Assembly: GCA_965153355.1 (NCBI GenBank)
Contig: OZ231126.1
Location: forward strand, 1,426,001 to 1,490,000
Reading direction: 5' to 3'
DNA from: Flaccisagitta enflata
Taxonomy: Eukaryota
Length of the DNA stretch: 64,000 nt
The first letter of the stretch is position 1; every line of letters begins with the position of its first letter. The position numbers were made by a program, and so were the translations under genes. This document shows, piece by piece, positions 12,691 through 26,249 of the stretch. The notes beneath the pieces are model-generated. The model had not been told where the DNA came from. It ran no database searches and saw only the letters and a program-made list of their open reading frames with translations.

Positions 12691-13255
12691 TTTTGGGCAG
12701 CAGCCCCAAGGGGCCAATGTCCTGTCGGACACAGGGGGAATTTCAAACGTCCATTCTTCCGTCCATCTGTCCTTCCATCCATCCATCCTTCCGTTCATCC
12801 TTCGGTCCGTCCATCCGTCCATCCCCCCTTGGTCATCGGGGCCTCAAGTTTTCAAGTTTGCAAATTAGCCCAAAGGAGCTCAATCTAGCCCTAAGAAGCT
12901 CAAATCAGCTCTCCAGACCTCTTATCTGCCCTCAAGACCTCAAATCAGCCCTCCAGGCCTCAAATCAGCTCTTCAGGTCTTAAATTTTTCGTCTAAGCCA
13001 CAAGCCTGCCCCCCCCCACCTCAAATCTGCTCTTTTGGAAAGGTTCTGCCCTCTGGACTTCCAATCCGCCTTCAATGACCTGTCACCGTCTTCTCAGACC
13101 TGAAAAACCTCAGGACGTCTTGAAATTCACCCCTGTCTCCTATAGTACATCGGCCCTTTGGGGTCGCTGCCCTGCTCTCACTCCAATACATCACTTGATC
13201 ACTCCGAGCAGGGCATTGGGTACCGCTTACCATGTGAGAACCTTGGAAGACTAGT
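12691..13255 (+). mobile_element. HINE-like element family C (GGGCAGCGGCCCC inverted repeats)
   Basis: TTTTGGGCAGCAGCCCC...GTCC microsatellite...~21-bp internal repeats...GGGGTCGCTGCCC...GACTAGTT. The neighbouring host-repeat unit (~12556-12583 GGCCGTCGGTTTTTATTGGGTGACG) shows the empty T-run site. Confidence 0.75.
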
Positions 13256-13567
13256 TATTGGGTGACGCCTATTGGCTGTTGCATGGTAGTGGCTGAGTGC
13301 TAATAACCAGAAGACATTGACGCTGTTGAGTGGGTTGGGTGGTGTTTTCCTCAGCCATAGTACTTGCTGGCAGGTGTAAGATGATTAGATGGGATGATCT
13401 AAAAGTAAGGGGTGGTCATCAGAAGACAAAAGTAGCGTCTGGAAGATGTAAAGTGACATTGAGTAAAATATGAGGAGAGATTAAAGAGGAGCAATTAGAA
13501 TAGGAAAAGAAAGAAAAGTTTGGAAAGAAAAGGAAAAGAATATAGAGGAGAGGAAAGGAAAGAGTGA

Positions 13568-14754
13568 AATAGTCGCAAAAGCGTCAGATGGTCAGTGGTA
13601 CCCGTTGCCCCTATGTGAGTGTATGTGAGGGTGTGGTGGTAAAAGAGGCCGATGACCTATGCTGTTTTTATTTGAGCTTCAAGGCTGGAATTAGGGCCTA
13701 GAGGCTGGGATATGGGCCTTGAGACCAGAATTTGGGCCTTGAGACCAGGATTTGGGCCTCAAGACTAGGAGTTGGGCCTCGAGGCTGGGATTTGAGTCTT
13801 GAGGCTGGGATTTGAACCTCGAGTGACTGGGATTTGAGCCTCGAGGGATTTGAACCCCGAGGGACTGGGATTTGAGCATTGAGACTTTGAGCTAACCATG
13901 GCAAAAAAAAAAAACGTACATGGCGGTTTCTGATGCCTTTGACCGGCTTAGCCTCAATGAAAATACAAAAAATCAGTGACTATTTGAAAGATCTTTGAAA
14001 GTTCTTCAAATCTAGACCAAGCAGAAATTGATAGCTCAATTCGTTTAGAAATGGCAACAGTTTTAAGTGAGCATCCCCATAATATGTCAATTGAAGGTAT
14101 TCAGTACTTTTAGTTCTGTCTTTAAAAGCATAAAAAACATATCTGACAAATGGAAACTAAGAAAAATTTAAGGGAAATTGAAAATATAACTCATTATCTA
14201 CAAAATGGCGCAAAGCAGACCTTTTTAAGTCAATCCGTTTAGAAATGGTAATCAAATAAAGACTTTTAGTCCATGAATTCAAGTTAGTAAAAAACGCCAT
14301 ATCTGGCAGATTTCAATTTGACACTTTATTTTCAAATTAACATAACTTCTAAAGTTTTCATGTTAAATTTTCGTTCGACGACTCAGATGAAAGATTTTTT
14401 GAAGCTCTTTAGAATGGTCATAGATTTTATGTACTTTTTCAATGGCAGCACCAAGTTATGGTAGCAATAAGCATTGTACGATTTTTTTTTTGGCCATGGT
14501 TAGGCTGGGGTTCGAGTCTCGAGGCTAGGATTTGAGCCTTGAGGATGAGATTTGAGCCACCAGGCTGGGATTTGAGCCTCCAGGCTGGGATTTGAGCCTC
14601 CAGGCTGGGATTTGAGCCTCCAGGCTGGGATTTGAGCCTCCAGGGGGGGGGGGACGGAGAAGAAGAAGAAGGAGGAAGAGGAGGAGAAGAAGGAGAAATT
14701 TCCCCTATGTGTGAAAGCAAAAGTCATCGGCCCCTTTGGGGCCGCTGCCCAAAA
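13568..14754 (-). mobile_element. HINE-like element family C with nested MITE; absent from copy B
   Basis: Copy B reads TTTGAAAAAGGGAGGAG (~60349-60365) at this point; the element ends GGGGCCGCTGCCCAAAA and has 21-bp GAGGCTGGGATTTGAGCCTC-type internal repeats. Confidence 0.8.
13895..14500. mobile_element. TA-TSD MITE nested in the family C element
   Basis: TA-ACCATGGC(A)nCGTACA...TGTACGA(T)nGGCCATGGT-TA. Confidence 0.8.
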
Positions 14755-16324
14755 GGGAGGAGAAGGAGAGAAAGTAAAAGAACAGACGAAGAAGAAAGTG
14801 GAAGCAAAGAGGGAGTAAAGTGCCATCTATATTCTGATGTTTGAACAAAAGCGAAAGTGAGGCTGGATAAAGTTGGCGCCAAAAGACCAATGGAGGCACA
14901 ACCATTCAACCAAAAATAGCCTCGCTTTCTCTTTTTTTTCTGTCTTGCTTTGTTTGTTTGTTTGTTTCTTTCTTTCTTTCTTTCTTTCCAATCATTATTT
15001 CTCTTTTAGCTATCTCCCCACCCTTTGTCAGTTTCATCTTCCTGTTTTATCATTAATTTTCCTTTTTCTTTAAACTTTTCTAGCAACAATTGTTTTGCAT
15101 CTTTCTCCAATTAAGGCAATCTTAAAAGTGAGTCTGGAGAATAATTAGGAGATTTTTCAACATTCCATTCTGCTTCACTAATTAGTTTTTTCCAACCTGA
15201 AATTCATTCTGTACTTGTTGCTCTGTTGAATTTCTAGTCGCGTGTAGACTGTAGAGATTAGTCGGTTGGTTGGTCGGTTGGTTGGTCGGTTGGTTGGTTG
15301 GTTGGTTGGTCGGTCGGTCGGTCGGTTGGTTGGTCAGTCGGTCGGTTGGTCGGTCGGTCAAAAATCAAAATCTGGACTTATGGTAATTTAGGGTACTGTA
15401 GGGAACTTCAGGGTAATTTAGGGTACTTTAGGGTATTTCCAGGTACTTACGGTACTTATGAGTTTTTTTGGTAATTAAGGTACTTAGACTACTTAAAGTT
15501 GTTGTAAGGAAGGGAGGAGGGAAGGAAGGAAGGAAGGAAGGAAGGAAGGAAGGAAGGAAGGAAGGAAGGAGAGAGGGAGGGAAGAAGGGAGGAAAGATAG
15601 ATAGGAATGGAAAGAAGGAAAGAAAGGAAAGAACATAGGAAGGAATGGAAGGAAGGAAGGGGTGGAAGGGTGGAAGGAAAGAATTAAAGGACCGTAGGAA
15701 GGAAGGAAAGAAGAAGTATGTAGCCTGTTGGGCTTGTTTTTTCTTTAAAATTCTGAAAGAGACCTTAGAAACAAGTTGAAATCCATATACTTAGGACCCC
15801 ATTAATACTGGACTATGTCAATCTCGTAAAGTGTTGAAAACAATTAACATGCTCAGCCCGTAAGGTGACGGTATACGGTAAGGTCATACAACGAGAATGT
15901 GATACAGTTAGGACATGCTACAAGGTGCGACACGGTAAGGCCATACTATTTGCTGATAAAACTGACTTAAAAAGTATAAAAAAAAATTTACAGAGAGAGT
16001 GTTTTTGAAGATTTTCCAGTTATCTTTCATTCTAGACCAATCCCAGATCTGTATCTTTAACGGTTAAGGAGCTAGAGCTCTTTAAAGTGAGACACCATTT
16101 TGCTGAATTGCATCTTTTTCAAAGGGACTGCAAAAATAAATTTGGCAACATTTTTACTCAAACTAATGCCATTTCCAAACGAAAAAAGATAGAGATACCA
16201 GATTGGCGCCAAATGAAAGAGTTTTTCAAGGGCTTCAAAATAGTTTAAGATTTTAATTAGTTTTTTTGATTTTCAATGGCGCAATCAACCATTCAAAAGT
16301 GCGACTTTTTTTCTAATTTGTATA

Positions 16325-16660
16325 ATACTACGAGGTGCAACGCGGTTAGGACATATTACGGGAATGTGACACGGCTAGGACATGCTACAAGGTACAACAC
16401 GGTAAGGACATACTACGAGAATGTGACACAGTTTGGACACACTACGAGGTGCAACGCGGTTAGGACATATTACGGGAATGTGACATGGTTAGGACATAGT
16501 ACAAAGTGCGACACAGTTAGGACATAGTACAAAGTGCAACAAAGTTAGGGCATAGTACCAGAATGTGACACGGTTAGGACATACTACAAGGTGCAACGCG
16601 GTTAGGTCATACTATGAGGTGCAACGCGGTTAGGACATACTACGAGGCGCAACACGTCAG
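16325..16660 (+). repeat. ~29-bp minisatellite (CGGTTAGGACATACTACGAGGTGCAA type); also ~62890-63060
   Basis: Degenerate tandem units visible in both duplication copies. Confidence 0.8.
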
Positions 16661-16744
16661 ACACGTCTCACTTCTTTCCAAAATTGCCTCACAAATTGTG
16701 GCTCCACTTTGGAAGAAGTAGTGATTACCGCCTGTAAACTCTTG

Positions 16745-17797
<1,053 letters not shown>

Positions 17798-18165
17798 AAG
17801 CAACTGTTTGAAAACTCATAAGGTTGAGCTAAAAATGTTGCTTTGATTTGTTGTGGAAGATATATTAAAGTACATGAAAAAGCAGCACAGAAAAAAAAAC
17901 AGCACCTTTCTTATAAACTTATTAAAAATTCAGAATTACAGTGGGACCTCAGGATAACGGTCTTGAAAGGACTGGATATTTTTGAAAAGGGGGACTGTCA
18001 TCGTGAAATTTAAAAATCTTTGTTTTTTCATCATGATATAAAAGATATGAATAAATATCATATGTTATAGATAAAAAATACAAACAAGAAATTCAAATGA
18101 AATCATTAATAATAATTTTTTATGATATTATTTGCTAATAATTGTTATCCAAGAAAGAAGCAGTA

Positions 18166-18831
18166 CTATCTAGATCATATGTTTCTCACCTCACTTATAG
18201 AACAATATCTCTACTTCTAATAATTCTTTTTCAAAAAATCTGTGAGATTCAGAAACTAGAGTAAATTTCCGATTGAATGCCGCAAACCGCATTGAACTAT
18301 CTCTAAGCGTTTAGAATTGACATGCGATATAAGAATGCTTCTTTGATTGAAAAATGCAGAAAAAATTGTAGCAAGTTTCTTTTTGTTTTCTCTGCCAAAC
18401 AGGTGGCATTATATGTAATTTTTCGATTAGCATTAGTATCATTCCTGAATTTTTTTTGTTATTCATATTATGAGTGGTGCCTGTCAGATTTCTATGGTTG
18501 ATAAGAGCGCAATTGTGGTTCTTTGAAGTTCTACAGATCAAAGAGGGAACAAAGTCTGGAGCAGGACTGAAAATGTTCACTATCAAGGTGTGGAAAAAAA
18601 TCACGCCATTCTTCTAAACCTCCCCTGCGAAAGCATGCCGAGACGAATGAAGGCAGTTGCTAATGCGCAAAGGGGTCACACCAAGTATTCAATGCATAAT
18701 ATGTTAGAGTGGGGTTGAGTAGTAATGTTGTCCAACTTTTATATATATTGTATATTTTACGTAAAATTTGTATCATTTATTGAATAAACTAACTCTCTCT
18801 CAAAAAGGTGACAAACTTTTGATCTAGATAG
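18166..18831 (+). mobile_element. Internally deleted Tc1 transposon retaining the transposase C-terminus
   Basis: 25-bp TIRs CTATCTAGATCATATGTTTCTCACC / GGTGACAAACTTTTGATCTAGATAG (22/25 match), TA flanks; 18629-18688 translates ESMPRRMKAVANAQRGHTKY, matching the Tc1 C-terminal SMPRRxxAVIxAxGGxTKY motif. Confidence 0.88.
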
Positions 18832-19083
18832 TAATGACTCTTGTAAGGGATCCAATGTTTTCAGCAATGCTCTTCTCTCCTACCTTTTTTGCTCTATCTC
18901 TTTCTTCACCATGATCCCCACGCAAATTTTCCTCTCAGTTTTTTTTTTCCTTTTCTCTTTACTTATATATATCCTCCCAGCAAATTCCATGGTTTTCCTT
19001 TCTATTGTTAGCTTTCCTCATTTCTCATTCCTTTTCACTCTTTTTTTGCGTCTAAATTCAGGTTTTCAGGCGCCAAACAACCA

Positions 19084-19522
19084 CTCTGTCTCTTTTGACT
19101 CTGTCTCTTTTAACTCTGTCTCTTTTAACTCTGTCTCTTTTAACTCTGTCTCTTTTAACTCTGTCTCATTTTACTCTGTCTCTTTTAACTATGTCTCTTT
19201 TAACTCTGTCTCTTTTAACTCTGTCTCTTTTAAATCTGTCTCCTTTAACTCTGTCTCTTTTCACTCTGTCTCTTTTCACTCTTTCTCTCTTAACTCTGTC
19301 TCTTTTAACTCTGTCTCTTTTCACTCTGTCTCTTTTAACTCTGTCTCTTTTAACTCTGTTTTAACTCTGTCTCTTTTAACTCTGTCTATTTTGACTCTGT
19401 CTCCTTTGACTCTGTCTCCTTTGACTCTGTCTCTTTTCACTCTGTCTCTTTTAACTCTGTCTCCTTTAACTCTCTCTGTTTTAACTCTGTCTCTTTCAAC
19501 TCTGTCTCTTTAATCTCTGTCT
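19084..19522 (+). repeat. 15-bp minisatellite (TTAACTCTGTCTCTT)
   Basis: Direct inspection; decays into CT-rich sequence to ~20110. Confidence 0.95.
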
Positions 19523-20053
19523 CTTATAGCACTCATTCTGTCTCTCTGGACTCACATTGTCTTTGTGTCCCTCTAAGAGTCTCTAAGAGTCTTAACTCAA
19601 GAGTGTCTTTTAAATCTGTCTCTCTTAACTTAAAGTGTCTTCTTCTCCATCATAACTCAAAATTTCTCTCTGTATTTTTAACTCCAAGTGTCTATCTCTT
19701 TGTCTCTCTTAACTCAGAGTGTGTCTGTCGCTCCTAACTGAAATTGTCTCTCTGTCTCTCTCGACTCGAAGTGGCTCTCAGTCTCTCTTATTTAGATTGT
19801 CTCTCTGTCTCTCTCAAACCACAGTGTCTTTCTGTCTCTCTGAACTCCAAGTGTGGCTCTGTCTTCCTTTACTCTTAGTGTCTCTCTGTCTCTCCTGAAA
19901 CACTCTATCTTTGTCTTTCTTTGCTGTCTCCTGTTCATCTTGATCTATCTTCGCTCTTTCTCTCTACCCAATATATATCTGAGACTAGTTCATTACCTCT
20001 CTTTCCTTCTCTTTCTCTTTCTCTCTCTCTTCTCTTTCTCTTTCTCTTTCTCT

Positions 20054-20117
<64 letters not shown>

Positions 20118-20222
20118 TTTTTCTTTTTAGAAAATACTTAAAAAACTGGTGCCGCAAATTCTCTGAAATTTGGAATAACCACTGACTGCTTGTTATGCTG
20201 TGCTGTGTTTCATGTTTGCGGT

Positions 20223-20267
<45 letters not shown>

Positions 20268-20569
20268 CAGAGAAACAGAGAAACAGAGAAACAGAGTTAT
20301 CAAGATAGTTAGTCATGTCACACAGACAGAAACACATAGTGATAGCGGGTATAAATATTCTCCTCGTGGCAGAATCTTCTCATATATGAAGTCAAAAGCG
20401 AGATTGAATGAGAAAATCTCTATTATCCTATCTTTTGTTGAGCCTCTGGAGGATGGGCCAGTTAGAAGAGCCTTAACTCAGTCTTACATCATTCTCAACT
20501 TGACGCCCATAAAGAGCTCTTCAAGCCTCATCAAGAAACGGAGGAGGAGGAAATGGTGGGGATTTGGGT

Positions 20570-21030
20570 TGTGAGGACAGGCGTTAGTTAGCAGGGACAT
20601 GGGCTGGTGAGGACAGGAGTTAGCAGGGATGGGGGTTGGTGAGGACAGGAGTTAGCAGGGACAGGGGTTAATGAGAATAGAAATTAGTTAGCAGGAATGT
20701 GGGCTGGTGAGAACAGGAGTTACCAGGGTCGGGGGTAGGTGAGAACAGGAGTTAGCAGGGACAGGGGTTGGTGAGGACAGGAGTCTGTTTGCATGGATTT
20801 GGGCTGGTGAGGACAGGAGTTACCGGGGTCAGGGGTTGGTGAGTTTATTAGTTAGCAGGGACAGGAGTCGATGAGGATTGGAGTTAGCAGGGACAAGGGA
20901 TGGTGAGGACAGAAGTTATTTAGCAGGGATGTGGGCTGGTGAGGAGAGGAGTAAGCAGGGACGGGGGTTGGTGAGGACAGGAGTTAGCAGGGACAGGGGT
21001 TGATGAGGACAGGAGTCCGTTGGCGGGGAA
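20570..21030 (+). repeat. ~31-35-bp G-rich minisatellite (GTGAGGACAGGAGTTAGCAGGGACAGGGGTTG)
   Basis: Degenerate tandem units. Confidence 0.9.
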
Positions 21031-21490
21031 GGAGGTGGATGGAGACAGAAGCTGGCGGGGACTTACGCACTGAATCAAAGATAACGAGGGAGGTAGTTGG
21101 TGAGGCAGAAGGGTTGGTTGGTTAATCGGCTGGTTATTTGATTAGTACAATAGTAGGACTTCTTTAGGTTGGGCGGGTCATAAGTTAGTATAGTAGATGG
21201 ACGGGGTTTAGAATGGTGATTTTTTGGAGCTATGGGTTGATGAGGTTGGTGAAGAGGTGGTTGGAATTTTGACAATGAGGTCATTTGGGCCAATCTAGAC
21301 TCTTAAAGGGAAAAAGAAGGCAAGAAACGCCTCAGACACTTCCTCCCGCCTTTTCCACATAATCAACGCAAACACAACCTCATTTGTCCCAACAAAGTCA
21401 TTTGCATAATTAAGCAAAAGCAGATAAAAACCAGTCTCGTTTTCCAGAAGAGAAGATAAATGGGAAAATTGAGCTCAGAAATGGAACATC

Positions 21491-21522
<32 letters not shown>

Positions 21523-21719
21523 GTACAAACTGTCAGACACCCACACAGACACATAGCGAAAGACATTAGAGTCATGAAGTGGGAAAGACGGTTGCTGGGA
21601 CGAAGGGACAGGCAGACACATAAAGACACATCCAACAAACAAGATGGTGGGACAGACTGTCAACCAAGCGAACAGACAGACGCATAGAGATTACGCTATT
21701 TTGGGTCTGCCATTTCATT

Positions 21720-22480
21720 TACAGTTGAACCACGTAATAACGGATGCCAAGGGAGCAATAAATTATAACTGTTATAAGGCATTTCATGCTATTATTATAT
21801 AAGAAATTTAAAGTAGTAATATAAAAGGAAGATTCTCTATCTGTTTTTGGGTTAATTGAGAAAGAATGTTTTTCAGATTGCAGTTAAATCCCACTCCAAC
21901 AGATTTTTAGTGACCGATAAATTTATCTGTTATAGGCGGAATTCTGTTAGAGCCAGTATAAGAAATAGAATATGTAGGCAGAAGAAACAAAGAATTAGCA
22001 CATGATAGGTGGAACAATATTCCTCAATATACCCAACTTAATAAATATGGAAGAGGACCTTGTGACTCACAAGTTATGAGCCCTCACTGACTAGTTACAA
22101 CGCGCATCACTCCTAGTTTTCCATTTAGCAAAACTCACTTAACAAACATCATTCTGAGTCTAACCCAAAACGCTAATGCTTATCAAAATAGCTAAGGGCA
22201 AATGATTGTTACCTGTGTTACCAAATTTCAACAAATCACCCATGGTGATGTTGTAAAGAAACCATACCCTTACAGGCGGAACTACGTTAATAGTGGGTAC
22301 ATTGGAGCGGGGTTCAACTGTATGTTTTATAAAAAACTAGGAGTGGTGCGCGTATTAACTAGTCAGTGAGGGTTCAAAAGGCCCTCTCCCATTCATTTCT
22401 GTTTTTGTATAGTAAGGGATATTGTTCCACTTTTCATATGCAGATTTCCGTTACTCTAGGATCCGGTACAGCGGGGCAAA
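21720..22480. mobile_element. Cluster of nested DNA-transposon (pogo/Tigger-like MITE) fragments
   Basis: TA-CAGTTGAACC-type ends (21720, 22322); inverted pairs GTGGAACAATAT/ATATTGTTCCAC (22009/22430) and CCCTCACTGACTAGTTA/TAACTAGTCAGTGAGGG (22081/22372). Confidence 0.55.
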
Positions 22481-23002
22481 ACTCGGGTTTAACGTTCATC
22501 AACGTCAATGTTGAGTACTTAAAACCTTCTCAACTTCTTCCAGGCCTGTATATAATTGAGTTCCCCCCCCCCCGTGTGGGGGGTGGGGAAAACAAAGGGT
22601 CTAGAGATGGGGAAGGAAATCAAAGAGAATGAAAAGAGTAAAGAGAAAATTTGGGGAAAATCTAACTTTTGACAGTGCCAAATCATCAAAATCAGTTAGT
22701 AAAACACAGTTTAACACTATATAAACCTTAACTACAATGTTTTATAGCATTGTGGGGGGGGGGGGAGGGGGAGAATCAATTACATACACCCCTGCCTTCT
22801 TCCTATTTCTCCTCTTTTACGTTTTTAAGCAGGATTCGAGGATTTCCTGAGCATCTCGAGCGGCCGTCGACCTTCGCTGGCGTCTCGAGAGCTGCTCCTG
22901 GAAGCATTTCCGGTGGAAGTCGTCGATGCGGCAACTTCAAGTCCCCCAAGTCCCTCGACAACGCCAGCACTCAGCAGATCCGTCTCACTCAGACAGTGAG
23001 GA

Positions 23003-23069
<67 letters not shown>

Positions 23070-23500
23070 AGGAGCAGGGGGCAGTTGACGCAATTAAGTG
23101 ACGCTACCGAGAGTGAGTATTTTACGCAGCAATGAAAGTGTCTGTGCGTCAAACCAGAAGATTTCCATACTCACAACTGAGAGTCACTCTCTCTTATTCT
23201 CTTTCTCTCTCTCTGTCTCTCTCTCTCTCCCCTCTCTATCTCTCTCTCTTCCTTTTTGCTCTGTCCTTTCCATTTTCTTTCTTTTCTTTTTCTTCCTTTC
23301 CTTTCCTTTCCTTTTCTTTTTGTTCTTTCTTTTTTTTTTCTTTCTGTTATATCATTCTATCATTCTATGTTCTACTCATTCTTTCTATCATTCTATCATT
23401 CTATCATTCTATCGACCTATCGTTCTATCTCTTTTTTTCTTTTTTCCTTCCTTCGTTCTTACTTTTGTTTTTTCTTTCTTTCTTTCTTTCTTTCTTTTTT

Positions 23501-23539
<39 letters not shown>

Positions 23540-24170
23540 CACTCACACACTCACTCCTTACACTCACTCACTCTTTCTACAGACAAGTACGATTAAAACC
23601 CAGAATAACGGATGTTAAAGGCTTAACAAGTTGGATATTTTTGTTGTCGTCGTTGTCATCATCATTTTTATCGTTTTCATGGTCATTATGTGATGTTTAT
23701 TCACACATAAGTGTAGACGGGTACATGGCAAAGATTTAAGAAGTTTAACAACTACCAACTAATGATCAAAATAAGCAAAATGCGATAAGATCACGTGCGA
23801 TTCAATTAGAAAGGAAAGAGAGGAGAGTCCCGCTTACACATTATGGTTGCGACGTTTGAAATTTCGACGTTACTGTTTACAGTTGTTTTATTTAGTTGTT
23901 CCATTGTTTTCAATTGGTTGATCCATCTAAAATGTTCAATAAAAATTGGATTCTTTTCAACTTATCACTCCCATCATTTCCCAAACAAGTCTTTGTACCT
24001 GTCTTTGTCTCTGTCTATGACCCTGTCTTTGTCCCCGCCTTTTACCTGTCTTTTTAATCTGTCTTTGTCTCTATCTTTGTATCTGTCCTTTCCCTATGTT
24101 TGTCCCTGTCTTTGTCCTCGTATTTGTCCCCGTCTTTCTCCCTGTCTTTGTCCCCGTCTTTTTCCCTGTC

Positions 24171-24663
24171 TTTTTAGTTGCGGACACGCAACTCTATAAG
24201 CAGTCAGTGGACAACACACTATAGGTATATATATATCATACTACTGGCTTTGATTCAACATACTGCTCAAAAACAAAATATTGTATGCAACAATCAGTTG
24301 CTCAAGTTACAGCCAGCAGTAATAAACTAAATGTTGTATTCAACAAACGGATTGTTAGATTAACAGTTGGCTGTAATGCTACAATTTTGTAACATTACAG
24401 CCGGTTTTATCTAAAACCACTGGGTTGTTGCATACAATATTTGTTTTACTATCAGTATGTTGACTGGTCATTAACGATATGATATATATACCTATTATGT
24501 TTTGTCCGCTGACTGTAAGAGGCTTTGCCCCATTCGTTCATCCGTTGGTCCGCTCCACGGTCCGTCCAAGCTGGTCCGCTGTCAGCACGAGTCGTACTGG
24601 GAAAACGCGCATTTCTGCCCCTGCCTACCTGTTCATAACTGGAGGCCGTGTATCTGGCCTTTT
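24171..24663 (+). mobile_element. HINE-like family A element interrupted by a MITE
   Basis: TTTTTAGTTGCGGACACGCAACTCTATAAG...GTCC repeats...GCCCCTGCCTACC...GGCCGTGTATCTGGCCTTTT. Confidence 0.75.
24201..24515. mobile_element. MITE with CAG termini and 4-bp TSD (TAAG); superfamily unassigned
   Basis: TAAG-CAGTCAGTGGACAA...TTGTCCGCTGACTG-TAAG; ~40-bp imperfect TIR; removing it restores the HINE sequence CTATAAGAGGC. Confidence 0.85.
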
Positions 24664-24754
24664 TAACCTGTGTTTGTCTCTATCTTGTATCTGTCCTTGT
24701 CCTTATCTTTGTGCCTGTCTTTAGCCAATAAACCTACCCACACACATATACACA

Positions 24755-24903
<149 letters not shown>

Positions 24904-24905
24904 TA

Positions 24906-25850
24906 ACTATGGCAAAATAAAAAAAGACAGTAATTTTCAAAATGATATTATGAGCTTATTTTTTGGAGCAGCTTTATAAATTTTCAGACCATGATAGTAT
25001 GTCAAATTTGCTACCTAGCAAAAAAATTAAATTTTGAAAAAGTTTATTTTTGCGCCCATAGCATTGAATTTTGCAAAATTTATCTATTGAACAATCGCCG
25101 AGTTGGTATCAGTTTCAGTTTAGATCTAACTTTGAAACTGGGACTAGACCTCAATTTTTTGTGAGCAAGACTGTACTTTTAGATGGCATGTCAAATTTCT
25201 GACACAGTGAAAAAATCAGAACTCAAAAAAGTTTATTTTTGTAGCTGCAACATCAATTTTTGTAAAATCGGTTGAAGTTAGATGGTCAAAATAAAAAAAA
25301 CATTTATTCAGAATTGATTTCAAATGTTAATCTTTTTTTGTAGCTTCATATATTTTTTAGATGATGATAGTATGAAAAGTTTTGATACACAAAATCAGAA
25401 CTCAAAAAAGTGTATTTTTGCACTAGTATCATCAATTTTTGTGAATAGACCTCAAACAAAAAAAAATTAGAATTGATATCCAGTTTTGACAGATTTTACA
25501 AGAATTGATGTAGAAGGCACAAAAATAGACTTTTTTGAATTCTGATTTTTTTGCTATGTCAGAAATTTGACCTGCTATCACCATCTCAAAAATATTGATT
25601 CTTGTTTTAAAATTGAGCCTAGAGTAAATCTTCACAGTTTGATCTTTGAAACTGAAAGTTATTCATGGTTCAATTGACAAATTTTGTAAAACTCAATGCT
25701 GTGGCAAAATCAATCCTTTTTCAAGATCTGATTTTTTACCAGGTAGCAATTTATTTAAACTATCACTAGTCTAAGATTATAAAGCTGTTTCTGAAAATGA
25801 GCTCACAATATTATTTTGAAAATTACTGTCTTTTTTTATTTTGCCATAGT
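24906..25850. mobile_element. Second copy of the long-TIR TA MITE (inverted relative to 10889-11799), inserted at a (CA)n tract
   Basis: Same TIR; its left arm matches the right arm of the 10889 copy; (CA)n on both sides. Confidence 0.9.
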
Positions 25851-26249
25851 TACACACACAGACACACTACAAATAGAAGCAGAGGCAGAAGCAAAATCAA
25901 TGCCATGAAGTCGACTTTAATGCTCGTGATAGCGTGCACAAGCATGCACGAGATAGAATGTCATTGTCCAGCCACATGATTAGGCCATATTGTACAAACG
26001 CTATGGAGCCACTGTCCTATGCACTCCATAGTTTTCTAACCATAGCGAGCGAGGATTAGACTCTATCTACAGGCACTTATGACTGGTGACTTACATGTCT
26101 TTGTCCCTGTCTTTGTATCTGTCTTTAACCCTGTCTATGTCCCTGTCTTTTTCCCTTTCTTTTAAACCTGTCTTTGTTTCTATCTTTGTACCTTTCCTCG
26201 TTTCTATCTTTGTACCTTTCCTCGTCTCTATCTTTGTACCTTTCTGGGT

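Noticed and set aside
15949..16325. A-specific insert flanked by ATACTA
   Set aside because: No TIRs found and the flanking hexamer is part of the host minisatellite, so it cannot be called a TSD; probably a transposon fragment.
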